In this document: positions 40,036-53,829 of the stretch, one piece after another
Numbering within the stretch: position 1 is the stretch's first letter
Layout of the letters: the number at the start of each line of letters is the position of its first letter
From: Eledone cirrhosa
Lineage: Eukaryota
Direction of reading: 5' to 3'
Length of the DNA: 64,000 bases
Assembly (NCBI GenBank): GCA_964016885.1
Contig: OZ024743.1
Coordinates: forward strand, 249,984,001 to 250,048,000
Position numbers and translations under genes: made by a program
The notes under the pieces: generated by a model
Told to the model about the DNA's origin: nothing
What the model saw: the letters and a program-made list of their open reading frames with translations, nothing else
Databases searched by the model: none

Positions 40036-40367
40036 AATAGCATCAAATGTTCGTGTATCCTTCACCGGCTTGACCTCTTTTCATCCCCAAAGTATTCTTT
40101 TCATTCAAAGTATTATTTCCATTCAAAACTTAAGTCTGCATTCCTCTACCCCTAAATTAAATTTCTACAACTACTATTCTATCAACTTGACCTCTTACTA
40201 CTTTTCTATTGGTCAATTCAAAACCTGTTCCCAAACAGACCTATTATATTAAATCTTTGTTGTTTTTTTTCAATAAACAAATATCATTATTTCTGGTCGA
40301 TAAAATAAAGTACCAGTAATGCACTGGGTAATTGCTGGCCTTGTGCCAAAAGTAGAAACAATTATTT

Positions 40368-40485
40368 CTGAAGACAGCATATATATGTGAAGGTATGTAT
40401 ATTTCCTCTGATAGTTTGTAAAATTTTTACATAGATTTCTATGATATACATACCAACACACATATATATCCTAGAAACGATCGTA
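40368..40485 (+). ncRNA. Hammerhead core with a ~100-nt stem II domain
   Basis: CTGAAGA at 40368-40374. atatatatgtg..ggtatgtatat pairs with atatacatacc..cacatatatat. GAAAC-gatc-GTA at 40474-40485. Stem I is replaced by SINE sequence on both sides. Confidence 0.65.
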
Positions 40486-40611
40486 AGCACCCAGCACTCA
40501 CTGTAAATGAGGTTGGTGTTAGGAAGGCATCCAGATGTAGAAATCAAGCCAGAATCAGTTCCTGTCCCACCCTTGCAGGGAAAAGCGGACGTAAAATGAT
40601 GATGATGATGA

Positions 40612-40614
<3 letters not shown>
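40486..40614 (+). mobile_element. SINE S1 3' fragment
   Basis: agcacccagcactcactg...gcggacgtaaaatgatgatg. Confidence 0.85.
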
Positions 40615-40698
<84 letters not shown>

Positions 40699-41588
40699 GT
40701 ATGTATGTGTACACGTTTCTAAACCTGCATGTGTGTGCATGAATGCCTGTGCCTGTGTGTGCAAGCCCATTTTTGTATGTATATTCATGTGTTTGCATGT
40801 ATGTATGTGCCTGCCCTTGTCTCTGTGTATGTGTATGCCCATGCTGTCTTTGTGTGTGTGAGTATGTCCATGCATGTTTGTGTCTGTGTGTATTTGTCTT
40901 TGCTCAGAATTCCAGTTTTCTAAATATTATGATGGAAAACACTAATAAAACCAAACATAAATCGAAGGTAACATCCGGAAATTTCCTTTTAAGTAAATAA
41001 AGACACCTTTTGTTTAAAATAGAAGAAACATAGACTTTATGAGAGTTTTAGTATTTGCTGTCTGGCTGGTTAGATGGTTGGGTTAGCTGGTTGGATAGTT
41101 GGGTGGTTGGTGGATTGTTTGGATGATTGGGCAGCTGGTTGGATGGTGAGTTGGTGAACTGGTTAGTTGGTTGAGCTGGTTTAGTTGGATGGTTGGGTTG
41201 GATGACTGGATGGATGGTTGGGTTGGATGGCAAGCTGGTTGGTTGGATGGTTGGTGAGCAGGTTAGCCAAGGTATCTCCTTCACAATATGTGGACATGAT
41301 TTGTATATTGTTTTCAGGGAGCCAACCTTAAATAAATGTTTATCTTTACAGCAGATCACCATTGTCATCGTCATCATCATCATCATTTTCATTTCTCATT
41401 TATTTTAATTTTTTTCTACTTTATATTATTTTAATTTTTTTCTATAATTATTTTCATTGATTTTATATTTTATTTTTTAATTTTATTGCTAGTTCATTAT
41501 AATTGTTTTCCACATTGTATTTTTATTCTTTTCTTTGTTTCTTTCTTTATTTATTACTTTATTCCTAGATTTTATTTATTTATTTATT

Positions 41589-41647
<59 letters not shown>

Positions 41648-42468
41648 CATCATATTGTTGTTGTTGTTTTTTTCTTAGCTAGAAAATATGATATTTGAAG
41701 TAAATTTTCTCCAGGTCTATTGGCATACATAAATGACCATTGTTTACATTCAAAGAAGAGGAGGAATATTTGAAAACAAAGCAGAAAAGACAAAGAACTG
41801 TTTTCATACAGAAGACAAAGCTAAAGATTAGGCACAAAAATTAAATACAAAAATACCATGTGAAAAATACACAGAAAAATACACAGAAAAATACACGGAA
41901 AAATACACAGAAAAAGTACACAGAAAAACACAGAAAAATACACACAAACAAAGTAAACAGAAAAAATACACACAACATTTTTATTTGACATTTTGAGAAG
42001 AAACATTATATGTCATATTGGTCATTTTTTGAATTTTCTTTCCCCTGGGTTTCTCACGGAATTATTATTAAGGACGTGAGTGAATTCATACAAAAGATTT
42101 TTTTAAACGTTCTGTGGTTAGAAAGTATTTATCTTAGTTTATCAAACAATATAAGGAATGTTGTGAAATAAGTGTTCTAAACTTTCACATGCTCTCACTC
42201 TCTCTATAATATATGATGAAAGACTTGTTGCAACTGTTATCATTGTTCTTGTTTAGGACTTGTTTCTCATCCTTGGTTTTCCTCACATAAAAAAATTCTG
42301 TTTTTTCCTCTTCTCTCTCTTGTCTATCTTTCAATTTCTACTATCTCTCATTCTATTTTCTAATGAAGGACTAATGTCTGAAACGTTAAGACTCTTTTCC
42401 TAATATATCATGTGTTAAACCAATATACATCCTCATTGAACTGCATAACTGCATATATATATATATAT

Positions 42469-42511
<43 letters not shown>

Positions 42512-43545
42512 GTTGATGAAATGTCGATGACACTCACCTTTTTCTTCCGAAATAAATCCTAGTACTATACTCACATGTATTGAGTGCTTATTTGGTTGAT
42601 ATCTGATTATTTGATGTACACTCATAATTAACACTTTAGCATTTAAAGCAGCCGTATTTGGCTAGAATTCTCTCACCTCATTCTGTTCAAGCTGGTTGTA
42701 ACTGACCACTTATACTTATATTAAGGTATTGTTCTCAAAATAAATAATATCAAAAACTCTTAGCTTCGATGTTATGTCAGATAATTATGTGAAGAAACAG
42801 CCTTTACCATGAAAATATAAGAGTAAATATAGAGTATTGTAAATGCTAAAGGGTTAAAACGCACTTCAGGACAACTCATCTAACCCAAACTAGCATGGAA
42901 AAGGGACATTAAACAGTAATGATGTTGATAGCAAAATATGCAAAATATATAGCAGTCTCAAAATATTGCATCCAACCCATGTCAACATGGAAAAGTGGCT
43001 GGAAAACAAAGATGATGATGATGATTGTAAGCTAAAAACTTCACTAACTGTAACTTCTAGTTTCATACTTCTAATCTTAAGAGGGAATTCTAAAGATCAG
43101 ATTATATTCTGCTCCTGTACAAAGTATGCAGATGGATGGTAATGTCATGTGATTATTGAGTGCAGGGGATGAATGAGGCTGGAAAGAAATGTAGCAAGCA
43201 CATTCCAAAGGATGTGCAATATTAGTGTGCATAAATAATGGAAAATAGAGATGAGCTGAGATGTTAAAGAAAAATACAGGCGTCAAAGGAACAAGGTAGA
43301 CTGTGCTGGTACCGACATATATTGTTTCTGAAGTATGAGTGTTGGGTTAAAGGCTATCAAAGATAGAGGAAGTGATGTGATCTGATCTCAGGAAAAAGAA
43401 CTGTAAAATGTAGTGAAATATTGTGTTGGAACAGACCCAGCCAACCTATAGTAGCATATATATATATATGTGTGTGTATGTGAGTGTTTATACATAAATA
43501 TATATATATATATATATACATATATATACACATATATATATATAC

Positions 43546-43600
<55 letters not shown>

Positions 43601-43603
<3 letters not shown>

Positions 43604-43797
43604 CAAAGGAATTGTGGTAAGGAACCAGATGGACCATAACGCACCAGAGTACTCAATACTTAGGGTAGTAGAGTGGGAAATAGGAAAAAGTATAACCCCA
43701 ACGGCAGAGCTCAAGCCGTTTCGTCGGCTATTTCTAGACTCCAGAAATAGCCGTCGAAACGGCTTGAGCTCTGTCGTCGGGGTCATACTTTTTCCTA
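43601..43797. mobile_element. PLE pseudo-LTR fold-back, same family as 309-550
   Basis: Arms at about 43680-43735 and 43743-43797 around the loop agactcc. Confidence 0.75.
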
Positions 43798-43880
43798 TAT
43801 ATATATATATATATACATATATATACATATATATATACATATATATATACACATATATATATACATAAATATATATATAT

Positions 43881-44507
43881 CACTGTAAAGTGGTCGTGTA
43901 GGTCTCACGACAAAAAGGACCCAGCCCACACTGTAAAGTGGTCGTGTAGGTGTCATGACAAAAAGCACCCAGCCTGTAAAGTGGTCATATAGGAGTCATG
44001 ACCAAAAACACACAGAATATACTGTTAATGTGATTGGCATTAGGAAGGGCATCCAGCCATAGAAACATAGCCAGAAATAGTTCTATATGAGCAAGACATG
44101 GTCACCTGACCTGACTCGCCTCTAATGAGTGAACCCATCTAACCCATGCTAGTATGGAAAATCGACGTTAAACGATGATGATGATATATATATATATTTT
44201 TATATATATATGGTGTGTGTGTGCGTGTGTGTGTCTAATGATTATCATCATCATCATCATCATTTTACGTCCGCTTTTTCCCTGCTTGCAAGGGTGGTAC
44301 GGGAACTGATTCTGGCTTGCTTTCTACAGCTGGATGCCCTTCTTAACACCAACCTCATTTACAGTGAGTGCTGGGTGCTTTTTTGCTGTGGCGCCTCCAC
44401 GACCATTTCTACAGCTAAGTAAACTGGAGCAATGTGAAATAAAGTGTCTTGCTCAAGGAAACAACACATCACCCGGTCTGAGAATTGAACTCACAACCAT
44501 GTGCCCC
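43881..44507. mobile_element. Tail-to-tail pair: SINE/RTE-UTR fragment (+, 43881-44186) and SINE S1 (-, 44243-44507)
   Basis: Shared ggaagggcatccagc domain; (ATG)n tails face each other. Confidence 0.75.
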
Positions 44508-44770
44508 CATTATATATAATTAAATGCAGATGTATGTATATATTTATATTTAATCAATTAAATAGTTATAGATGTATAGGCGTGTTATATGTGCATAAGT
44601 GTATGAGTGTATGTATGAGTGTGCATGTGTGTGTGTGTGCATGTGTGTGTGTGTGCATGTGTGTGTATGTTAACTATTTTTAGCATATCTGTTTTTCATT
44701 ATTTCAATAATCTGTAAAAGTATACTAATCAAAGAAAGTTAAACATCCTTTTTTGTTATGTACAGGTGCA

Positions 44771-44801
<31 letters not shown>

Positions 44802-45312
44802 GTGCGTGTGTGTGTGTGTGCATGTGTGTGCGTGTGTGTGTGTGTGTGCGTGTGTGTGCATGTGTGTGCATGTATGTGCATGTGTGTGTGCGTATGTATG
44901 TGTGTGTATGTGTGTGTGTGTGTGTGTGTATTTACTCACTGTCGCGTGTGTATGGTTATGTACGTGCATATGTGTATACTATGTATGTGTTTATGTGGTT
45001 GCTGTGAATGTGTGTGTGTTGGTGTGTGTGTGCATGTGCTGTGCATGTGTATGTGTATGCATGCTGTATATGTGTGCACATGTATGTGTGCTGTTTTTGT
45101 GTGTCTGGTACATGTGTACTGGTACTGTATATGTGTATATGTATGTGTGCTGTGTATGTATATGCTGTGTGTGTGTACAAGTGTATGTGTGTATGTTTGT
45201 GCAGTGTGCTGTGTGTGTGTGTGTAAGTGCGTGGTGTATTTATGTAATGTATCTCTTAGTTTAAGAAACATCCGGCTGAGGAGGGAATAACAGTCATTTC
45301 AATAAAATAAAA

Positions 45313-47488
45313 ATACATATACTACTACCTATACACACTGACACATACATATACTACTACCTATACACACTGACACATACATATACTGATACCTATACAC
45401 ACTGACACATACATATACTACTACCTATACACACTGACACATACATATACTACTACCTATACACACTGACACATACATATACTACTACCTATACTCACTG
45501 ACACATACATATACTGATACCTATACACACTGACACATACATATACTGATACCTATACACACTGACACATACATATACTACTACCTATACACACAGACAC
45601 ATACATATACTACTACCTATACACACTGACACATACATATACTACTACCTATACACACTGACACATACATATACTGATACCTATACACACTGACACATAC
45701 ATATACTACTACCTATACACACTGACACATACATATACTGATACCTATATACACTGACACATACATATACTACTACCTATACACACTGACACATACAAAT
45801 ACTACTACCTATACACACTGACACATACATATACTACTACCTATACACACTGACACATACATATACTACTACCTATACACACTGACACATACATATACTA
45901 CTACCTATACACACTGACACATACATATACTACTACCTATACACACTGACACATACATATACTACTACCTATACACACTGACACATACATATACTACTAC
46001 CTATACACACTGACACATACATATACTACTACCTATACACACTGACACATACATATACTACTACCTATACACACTGACACATACATATACTACTACCTAT
46101 ACACACAGACACATACATATACTACTACCTATACACACTGACACATACATATACTGATACCTATACACACTGACACATACATATACTACTACCTATACAC
46201 ACTGACACATACATATACTACTACCTATACACACAGACACATACATATACTACTACCTATACACACTGACACATACATATACTGATACCTATACACACTG
46301 ACACATACATATACTACTACCTATACACACTGACACATACATATACTGATACCTATATACACTGACACATACATATACTACTACCTATACACACTGACAC
46401 ATACATATACTACTACCTATACACACTGACACATACATATACTACTACCTATACACACTGACACATACATATACTACTACCTATACACACAGACACATAC
46501 ATATACTACTACCTATACACACTGACACATACATATACTACTACCTATACACACTGACACATACATATACTGATACCTATACACACTGACACATACATAT
46601 ACTACTACCTATACACACTGACACATACATATACTGATACCTATATACACTGACACATACATATACTACTACCTATACACACTGACACATACAAATACTA
46701 CTACCTATACACACTGACACATACATATACTACTACCTATACACACTGACACATACATATACTACTACCTATACACACTGACACATACATATACTACTAC
46801 CTATACACACTGACACATACATATACTACTACCTATACACACTGACACATACATATACTACTACCTATACACACTGACACATACATATACTACTACCTAT
46901 ACACACTGACACATACATATACTACTACCTATACACACTGACACATACATATACTACTACCTATACACACTGACACATACATATACTGATACCTATACAC
47001 ACTGACACATACATATACTACTACCTATACACACTGACACATACATATACTACTACCTATACACACTGACACATACATATACTGATACCTATACACACTG
47101 ACACATACATATACTGATACCTATACACACTGACACATACATATACTACTACCTATACACACTGACACATACATATACTGATACCTATACACACTGACAC
47201 ATACATATACTGATACCTATACACACTGACACATACATATACTACTACCTATACACACTGACACATACATATACTACTACCTATATACACTGACACATAT
47301 ACTGATACCTATACACACTGACACATACAAATACTACTACCTATACACACTGACACATACATATACTGATACCTATATACACTGACACATACATATACTA
47401 CTACCTATACACACTGACACATACATATACTACTACCTATACACACTGACACATACATATACTACTACCTATATACACTGACACATAC
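45313..47488. repeat. 32-bp minisatellite, about 68 units
   Basis: Unit atacatatactactacctatacacactgacac with a few recurrent variants. Confidence 0.97.
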
Positions 47489-48609
47489 ACTTACACAGGC
47501 ACTGACACACACATCTACTTATACCAAAACACATTGACACATACACTTCACTGACACACACATGTGCCCATACATACATATACACCTACACACACTCACA
47601 GCTACCCATACATACTACTTCACATACACATTCAGCTACATTACTCACACCTACACATTCACTTACAATTATCCATACATCAACACATACTGACACTGAC
47701 ACACAGCTATATACTCATATACTCAAATTTACTCATACATACACATGATCAAACCCACACTCACACTTACACATTCATACCTACATACACTTTCACCTAC
47801 ACAGACACCTTCATTCAGCTACACTACTCACAGCTAAACATACACACACACTCAGTTACATAGTTTCACACCCACAGACATTCAGCAATACACACTGACA
47901 CATTCAAACACACAGACACACACATTCACACATCTACACATGCACACACTTACATATACTCATGCAACTACACATATAGGAAACAATTGTTATGAAATAT
48001 GAAAAAAAAATTAGCCTCTAGAAACAGGAAAATAAAATTATATAAATGAGGATTTTTTATTTATTTTATTGAACAGGAAGGAAAGTAAAAGGGAAATTAT
48101 AAGTAGAATATGACAAATAAACATAACACAAACGATATAAATTAATTTCTGTATATTTCAGTGTATTGTAATACAGTTTTGCTGTACTCAGAATTATGTA
48201 TATTTTGAGTATGAGTGTATATAACATTATGTACATGTTTGTGTGTATGTATACACACATATATATATATATATATATATATGTATCTCTCTTTTCCTCT
48301 ATATATATGTGTGTGTATTTGTGTGTGTATTTGTGTGTGTATTTGTGTGTGTGTGTGTGTGCATGTGTATATGTAAGTAATCAACAAGTAAAGAGAACTC
48401 AATATTGATGGTCAAGTTAGCTATGATCTTTATACACTGTTTGAGACATACAGTACACTACTTCCACTTCATGCATTATTGTACAACACTTCTAGGAGAC
48501 TTAATAGTATATTGTAAATCTTAAGTGTTTTATAATGATCATATATATATACATTTAAATATATTTGCACATATATATATATCTATAGATATACATTTAA
48601 ATATATGTG

Positions 48610-48659
<50 letters not shown>

Positions 48660-50383
48660 TATACTGCGTGATTGATTGAGACACGGTTCTCTAGCCTGTC
48701 TTGGAAACTTGTAGCTCCAATTAAGAACTGACTGTCTCTAATAACTTAATAAAGATTCTTACATAAACTTATAATGGAAGGTTTTTCAATAAATATAAAC
48801 GCTTAAAAAGAAAACAGATTTGCCTCATACGACAAGGGCTGTTTTCAAGCAGGTTTTCAACTGTAGATTCCTGTTAATTGGTGTGAAATTGTTTGATTGA
48901 TGTCGCAAATTTGGGGGAGGTATGGCTACATGACATTTCATGATGATTGACCATCAATCAAATATTTTAAACAGATTCAACAAATTAATTGCCTCCATTT
49001 TAAGACAGTTTTCATCATGGCAGCTGTATTGGCATTGATGGAGCGATATGAACCAAACATTGATTGTGCTAAACTCTAACGTCCAATCCATCGTCATAAA
49101 TAGCTGATAGCTGGCTAAAAGAAGTTATATATATATATGTGTGTTTGTGGATAAGTGTGTACTATCATAATATTCCCAATATTTAAATATGTGGTGAAAT
49201 ATTAGACTAATTAGTATCCACTCTGTTCTGTTTTCACTCATGCAGCCTCCACCACTATCAATAACATCACCCACACCAACAATATCATCAATACCATAGT
49301 CAATAACACCACTCGCACCAACGACACCCTTAATACCATCAAAATCACCCCCCCCCCCCACAAGATCATTAATACCACTGGCAACAACCCTACCGTCAAT
49401 ACTACTATCAACACTCACACCAATAACACCATTAATACCACCGTCATCATTCTTATATATTATAATCTTAATTTCTGTGTGGTTGTGTATGGGAGAGAAA
49501 AAGAAAGAGAAATGAATAAAGAGAAAAGGGAAAGAGAATAATGAATAGTGAGAAAAAGAGAAACAGAAAAGGAGGATGAAAATGAGAGAGAGTGAGAAAG
49601 AGTGAGAGAGAGAGAGAAATACATATTTCCATCTAACTGTTCCTCTTATTGATTATTCATTAATTCACAATTCTAAATCAAGATGATGACTAAGACATTT
49701 AGTGTGTTCTACAAACGTAATTCTAAGACATGGAAAATAAAATACAATAAAATAAAATAAAATATACTACTATAATATAATATAATATAATATAATATAA
49801 TTTAATATAGAAAAACATAATGAGAAAAATATTTCTGGAGGAAAAACATAGATCAATATAATTACAAGGTAGTGAAAACAAAAGAAAACAAAAGAAGAGA
49901 CCAGGCCTAAGATTAAATGCTTTGAGGTTGAAATATCAGAGAGGAAATCGGCAATTAATTAATTTGTCTAGCTGGATATTATTATTGGTTAGATTATGTG
50001 TATTTCACAAATATCAGAGCAGCAGCAGTTTTGATGATAGTTCAACAACTGGCACTTACTTGACCTCTATAGGGATTTATACAACTGTTATTATTTTTCG
50101 TGTAGTTTCTGGTCAAAGAAAAGTCAATGATTTCATACATACATTGTTTTTATGTATGATCAATACCTGAAAATATGTATATAAATATATATATATATAC
50201 ATATATATATATATTTATATAGTTAAGGGATTGTAACATCAAGTTACTGTAGGTTCACGAAAGTGAGCACTCAAGGCATAACCTCCAGGAGGTATTTTGG
50301 TGTTGTTGTATTATATGTATATATATATATATATATATATTATAAAGAATGAGGATTCAGAGTTGAATTGTATAATATTTATT

Positions 50384-50477
50384 AACATATTACATATGTT
50401 TCTCTATCGAGCAGCTCGAAGCAAGATCTATTATAGACCGAACCTGACTCTGTAATCGAAAGTTCTTCAGATATGTT
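50384..50477 (-). ncRNA. Type I hammerhead ribozyme with branched stem II
   Basis: Stem I aacatat/atatgtt, CTGAAGA, stem II ctttcga/tcgatag enclosing small hairpins, GAAAC-atat-GTA (palindrome ACATATGT). Confidence 0.75.
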
Positions 50478-50690
50478 GGTATCTGAGATCGTATATATAT
50501 AGTGTATATAGTAATAATAAATACAAAGACCAAAATCGAAAGAGAGCTTGATAAAGATTGTATATATATAAAAATACATATAAACCCATAAAGCAAATAT
50601 TCATCATTAGTACAGATTAAATTTTAAGCAAAGAATTTCTGTGTTCTACCTATACAGGATCTTCAGAAAATCCTGTAAACATTTATATAT

Positions 50691-51513
50691 ATCATTATCA
50701 TCATCATCATCACCGTTTTACGTCCGTTCTTCCACGCTAGCATGGGTTAGACGGGTTGTCCTGTTGTCGGCAGTGTCTGGTTGGCTGACCATGCCTTGCT
50801 CATACAGGAACTGATTTGGCTTGATTTCTACAGCTGGATGCCCTTCCTAACACCAACCTCATTTACAGTGAGTGCTGGGTGCTTTTCCGTGGTGCCTACA
50901 CGTCCACTTTACAGTGTGGGCTGGGTGCTTTTTTGCCGTGGCACCTCCACGACCACCTTGCGGTGGGGGGTGTGTGGGCATATTGTCTATATGCTTCAGC
51001 TTGTACCCATGGGAGGTCGGGTACTCTGTATTACTGCGTGACGCCAGAGTTCACGGTCGTGTGTCATTGCCTTTGAGAGGTGTAATTGGGTAAGGTCGGC
51101 TTTTATCACCTCATCCCAGGTCATCTTGGGTCTCCCCACTCCGCGGTTTCCATCGACTTCTAGTGCTCTGCACCTTTTTATGCAGCTGTCATCCTTCATA
51201 CGCATCACATGTCCATACCAGCGCATCCACCTCTCCTGCACACAGGATTTGATTCCTCTTATGCTCAGTCTCTCTCTCAATTCATTTATGCTTTGTCGTT
51301 CACGTATATTACTGTTACACATCCATCGGAGCATGCAGGCTTCATTTCTCTCTAATCTCCGTAAGTCTTCCACCTTCAGCGCCCAGGTCTCACTACCATG
51401 CAACATCGCTGTTCGGATACACACATCATACAGTCTGCCTTTCATTATGAGGGAGAAGCCTTTTGCAGCTAGCAGTGGTAGTAGTTCCCTAAACTTCTTC
51501 CATCCCGTTCTTA
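50691..51513 (-). mobile_element. RTE LINE 3' fragment with a long 3' UTR containing the SINE central domain
   Basis: Frame LYDVCIRTAMLHGSETW...RWYGHVMR...PPMGTS*, followed by ~300 nt of UTR including gttaggaagggcatccagc and an (ATG)n tail. Confidence 0.9.
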
Positions 51514-51687
51514 TATTATATATATATAATATTAAGGATATTATTTATAGTTATGTATATTTTAAAACTTTTTATAGTTATGTGTATTTTAAACTATAAA
51601 CAGGGAAGGTCAGTAATTTATTACTACCTTATTACCAGTAAGATAAATAGCTCAATGTAAGGATATCAGTTGTTCTACAAAACAGTT

Positions 51688-52181
51688 ATATAGAATTCAC
51701 AAGAATCAAAGCTATGTTCAAAGCATTTATTCACTTACAATTCTTTCATCCAAACCTAGGCTTGGAATCTTCGGAGCATTTTTTAATGCTTGTACATATA
51801 ATTGACCTCCTATCCAACACAAGAAACATACAGATACATATATATATATATATTGATGTACATATATTATACTATACTATATTTGTATAGCCATTCAAAT
51901 TTAAAATCAAAATTAAAATACATGCGGCAGATAACAGATAATGCAAGAGGATAGTCCGATAATCAGATCTAGTAGATAGTGTATCCGTTAGTCATACATG
52001 GAGCATGCAAGTGTGTCTCATTTATATACGAGTATTGTGTGGCAAGGTATTACATGTAATACAAGCATTTATATGTACAAGCATTAAAAAATGCTCTGAA
52101 GATACCAAGCCTAGGTTTGGATGAAACAATTGTAAGTGAATAAATGCTTTGAACATAGCTTTGATTCTTGTGAATTCTCTC

Positions 52182-52185
<4 letters not shown>
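51688..52185. mobile_element. PLE-type inverted insertion with ~115-bp arms
   Basis: 51688-51801 is the reverse complement of 52069-52185. Confidence 0.75.
52093..52137 (+). ncRNA. Minimal type I hammerhead ribozyme
   Basis: gct-CTGAAGA (52096-52102), stem II ccaagcc/ggtttgg, GAAAC-aatt-GTA (ending 52134), agt. Confidence 0.75.
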
Positions 52186-52212
<27 letters not shown>

Positions 52213-52251
52213 GTATATATATATATATATATATGTGTGTGTATATATATA

Positions 52252-53375
52252 GGAATGGAGTTTAGTGAGGAATTCCAGATACAAGTAGGTGTACATCAGG
52301 GTTTGGTCCTCAGCCCGCTCTTGTTCATTATAGTCCTCCAAGCCATAACAGAGGAGTTTAAGACTGGATGTCCATGGGAACTTCTCTATGCTGATGATCT
52401 GGTTCTTATAGCAGAATCAGTAGAGGAGCTAGAGAATAAATTCTGGCTATGGAAACAACAGTTGGAATCAAGAGGCCTGAGAGTGAACATAGCTAAGACA
52501 AAAGTGTTGATAAGTAGAAGAGAGGACAATACTCTGATTCCATCAGGGAAATGGCCATGTTCGATATGTAGGAAAGGAACTGGCATAGATTCCATAAAAT
52601 GTAAACAATATAGATCTTGGATACACAAGAGATGTAGTGGGATAGCAGGCAAACTAACAGATAGGGAAAACTACGTATGCAGTAGATGTACAGGGAAAGT
52701 TGGCAGTAGTAATCGCAGTGATAGACACATTTTTTCCAATGCAGATGGGTTCTATAGAAGTGGTTGATAGCTTCTGGTACCTAGGTGTTCAGATTAGCAT
52801 GGGAGGCGGGTGTTCCGGGGCCATAGTATCTAGAATAGGGATGGGTTGGAAGAAGTTTAGGGAGCTGCTTCCTCTGTTGACAAAGAAGGGTTTCTCTCTT
52901 CGTGCGAAATGACGGTTATATGATGCCTGTGTGAGATGTGCAATGTTGCATGGTAGTGAGACATGGGCAGCAACTGCAAAGGATATGCGATGGCTGGAGA
53001 GAAATGAAGCAAGCATGCTCCGTTGGATGTGCAATATCAATGTGCATGAACGACCAAGCATAGATGAGTTGAGAGAGAAACTGGGTATAAGAGGGATAAG
53101 TTGTGGTGTGCAGGAGAGAAGACTGAGATGGTATGAACATGTGATGTGAATTGACGATGACCGCTGGGTAAAGAAGTGCCAAGAAATGCGAGTAGAGGCA
53201 GATCACAAAAAACATGGGCGGAGGTGTGAGAGCAGACCTCCTATCGCTGAACCTCACTGAGGAGATGACGAAGGACCGTGACAAGTGGAGAGATGCTGTG
53301 CTGAATAGGACTCATCCAACCCTTGCAAGCAGGGAAAAGTGGACGTAAAATGATGATGATGATGATGATGATGAT
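52252..53375 (+). pseudogene. RTE LINE RT fragment with Cys-rich insert
   Basis: GVHQGLVLSPLLF, LLYADDL, WPCSICRK...WIHKRC...CSRC and HGSETW; stops and frameshifts; (ATG)n tail. Confidence 0.92.
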
Positions 53376-53380
53376 ATCTG

Positions 53381-53411
<31 letters not shown>

Positions 53412-53414
53412 GTA

Positions 53415-53462
<48 letters not shown>

Positions 53463-53595
53463 TATATATGTATATATATGTATATATGTGTGTGTATATA
53501 TATATAAATATATATATATATCTGTAGTAGTAGAGCTCTCAGTCCATGGGATGAGTTTGGTAGAAGTTAGTTCCACAACAGTTAATAATCCGTTT

Positions 53596-53636
53596 TCGAG
53601 TACACGTGTTTCTACCTTGCCCATCTTCAAACTCGA
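53596..53636 (-). ncRNA. Decayed hammerhead motif
   Basis: tcgag-t-TTGAAGA-tgggcaaggta-GAAAC-acgt-GTA-ctcga. Adjacent 53525-53557 resembles 860-893. Confidence 0.55.
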
Positions 53637-53727
53637 CTGCTCGAAATGCTAGGTTTTTAGAGAAGTAATTTGGTTGGTGAATAAGTATAATAAATTTCGC
53701 ACCAGTTCGCGTTATAAAGTTCTTATT

Positions 53728-53796
<69 letters not shown>

Positions 53797-53829
53797 GAGA
53801 GAGAGATACATACATGCACACACATCTAC

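Noticed and set aside
45313-47488. CRISPR-like periodic array
   Set aside because: Units are contiguous with no unique spacers, there are no cas genes, and the context is eukaryotic.
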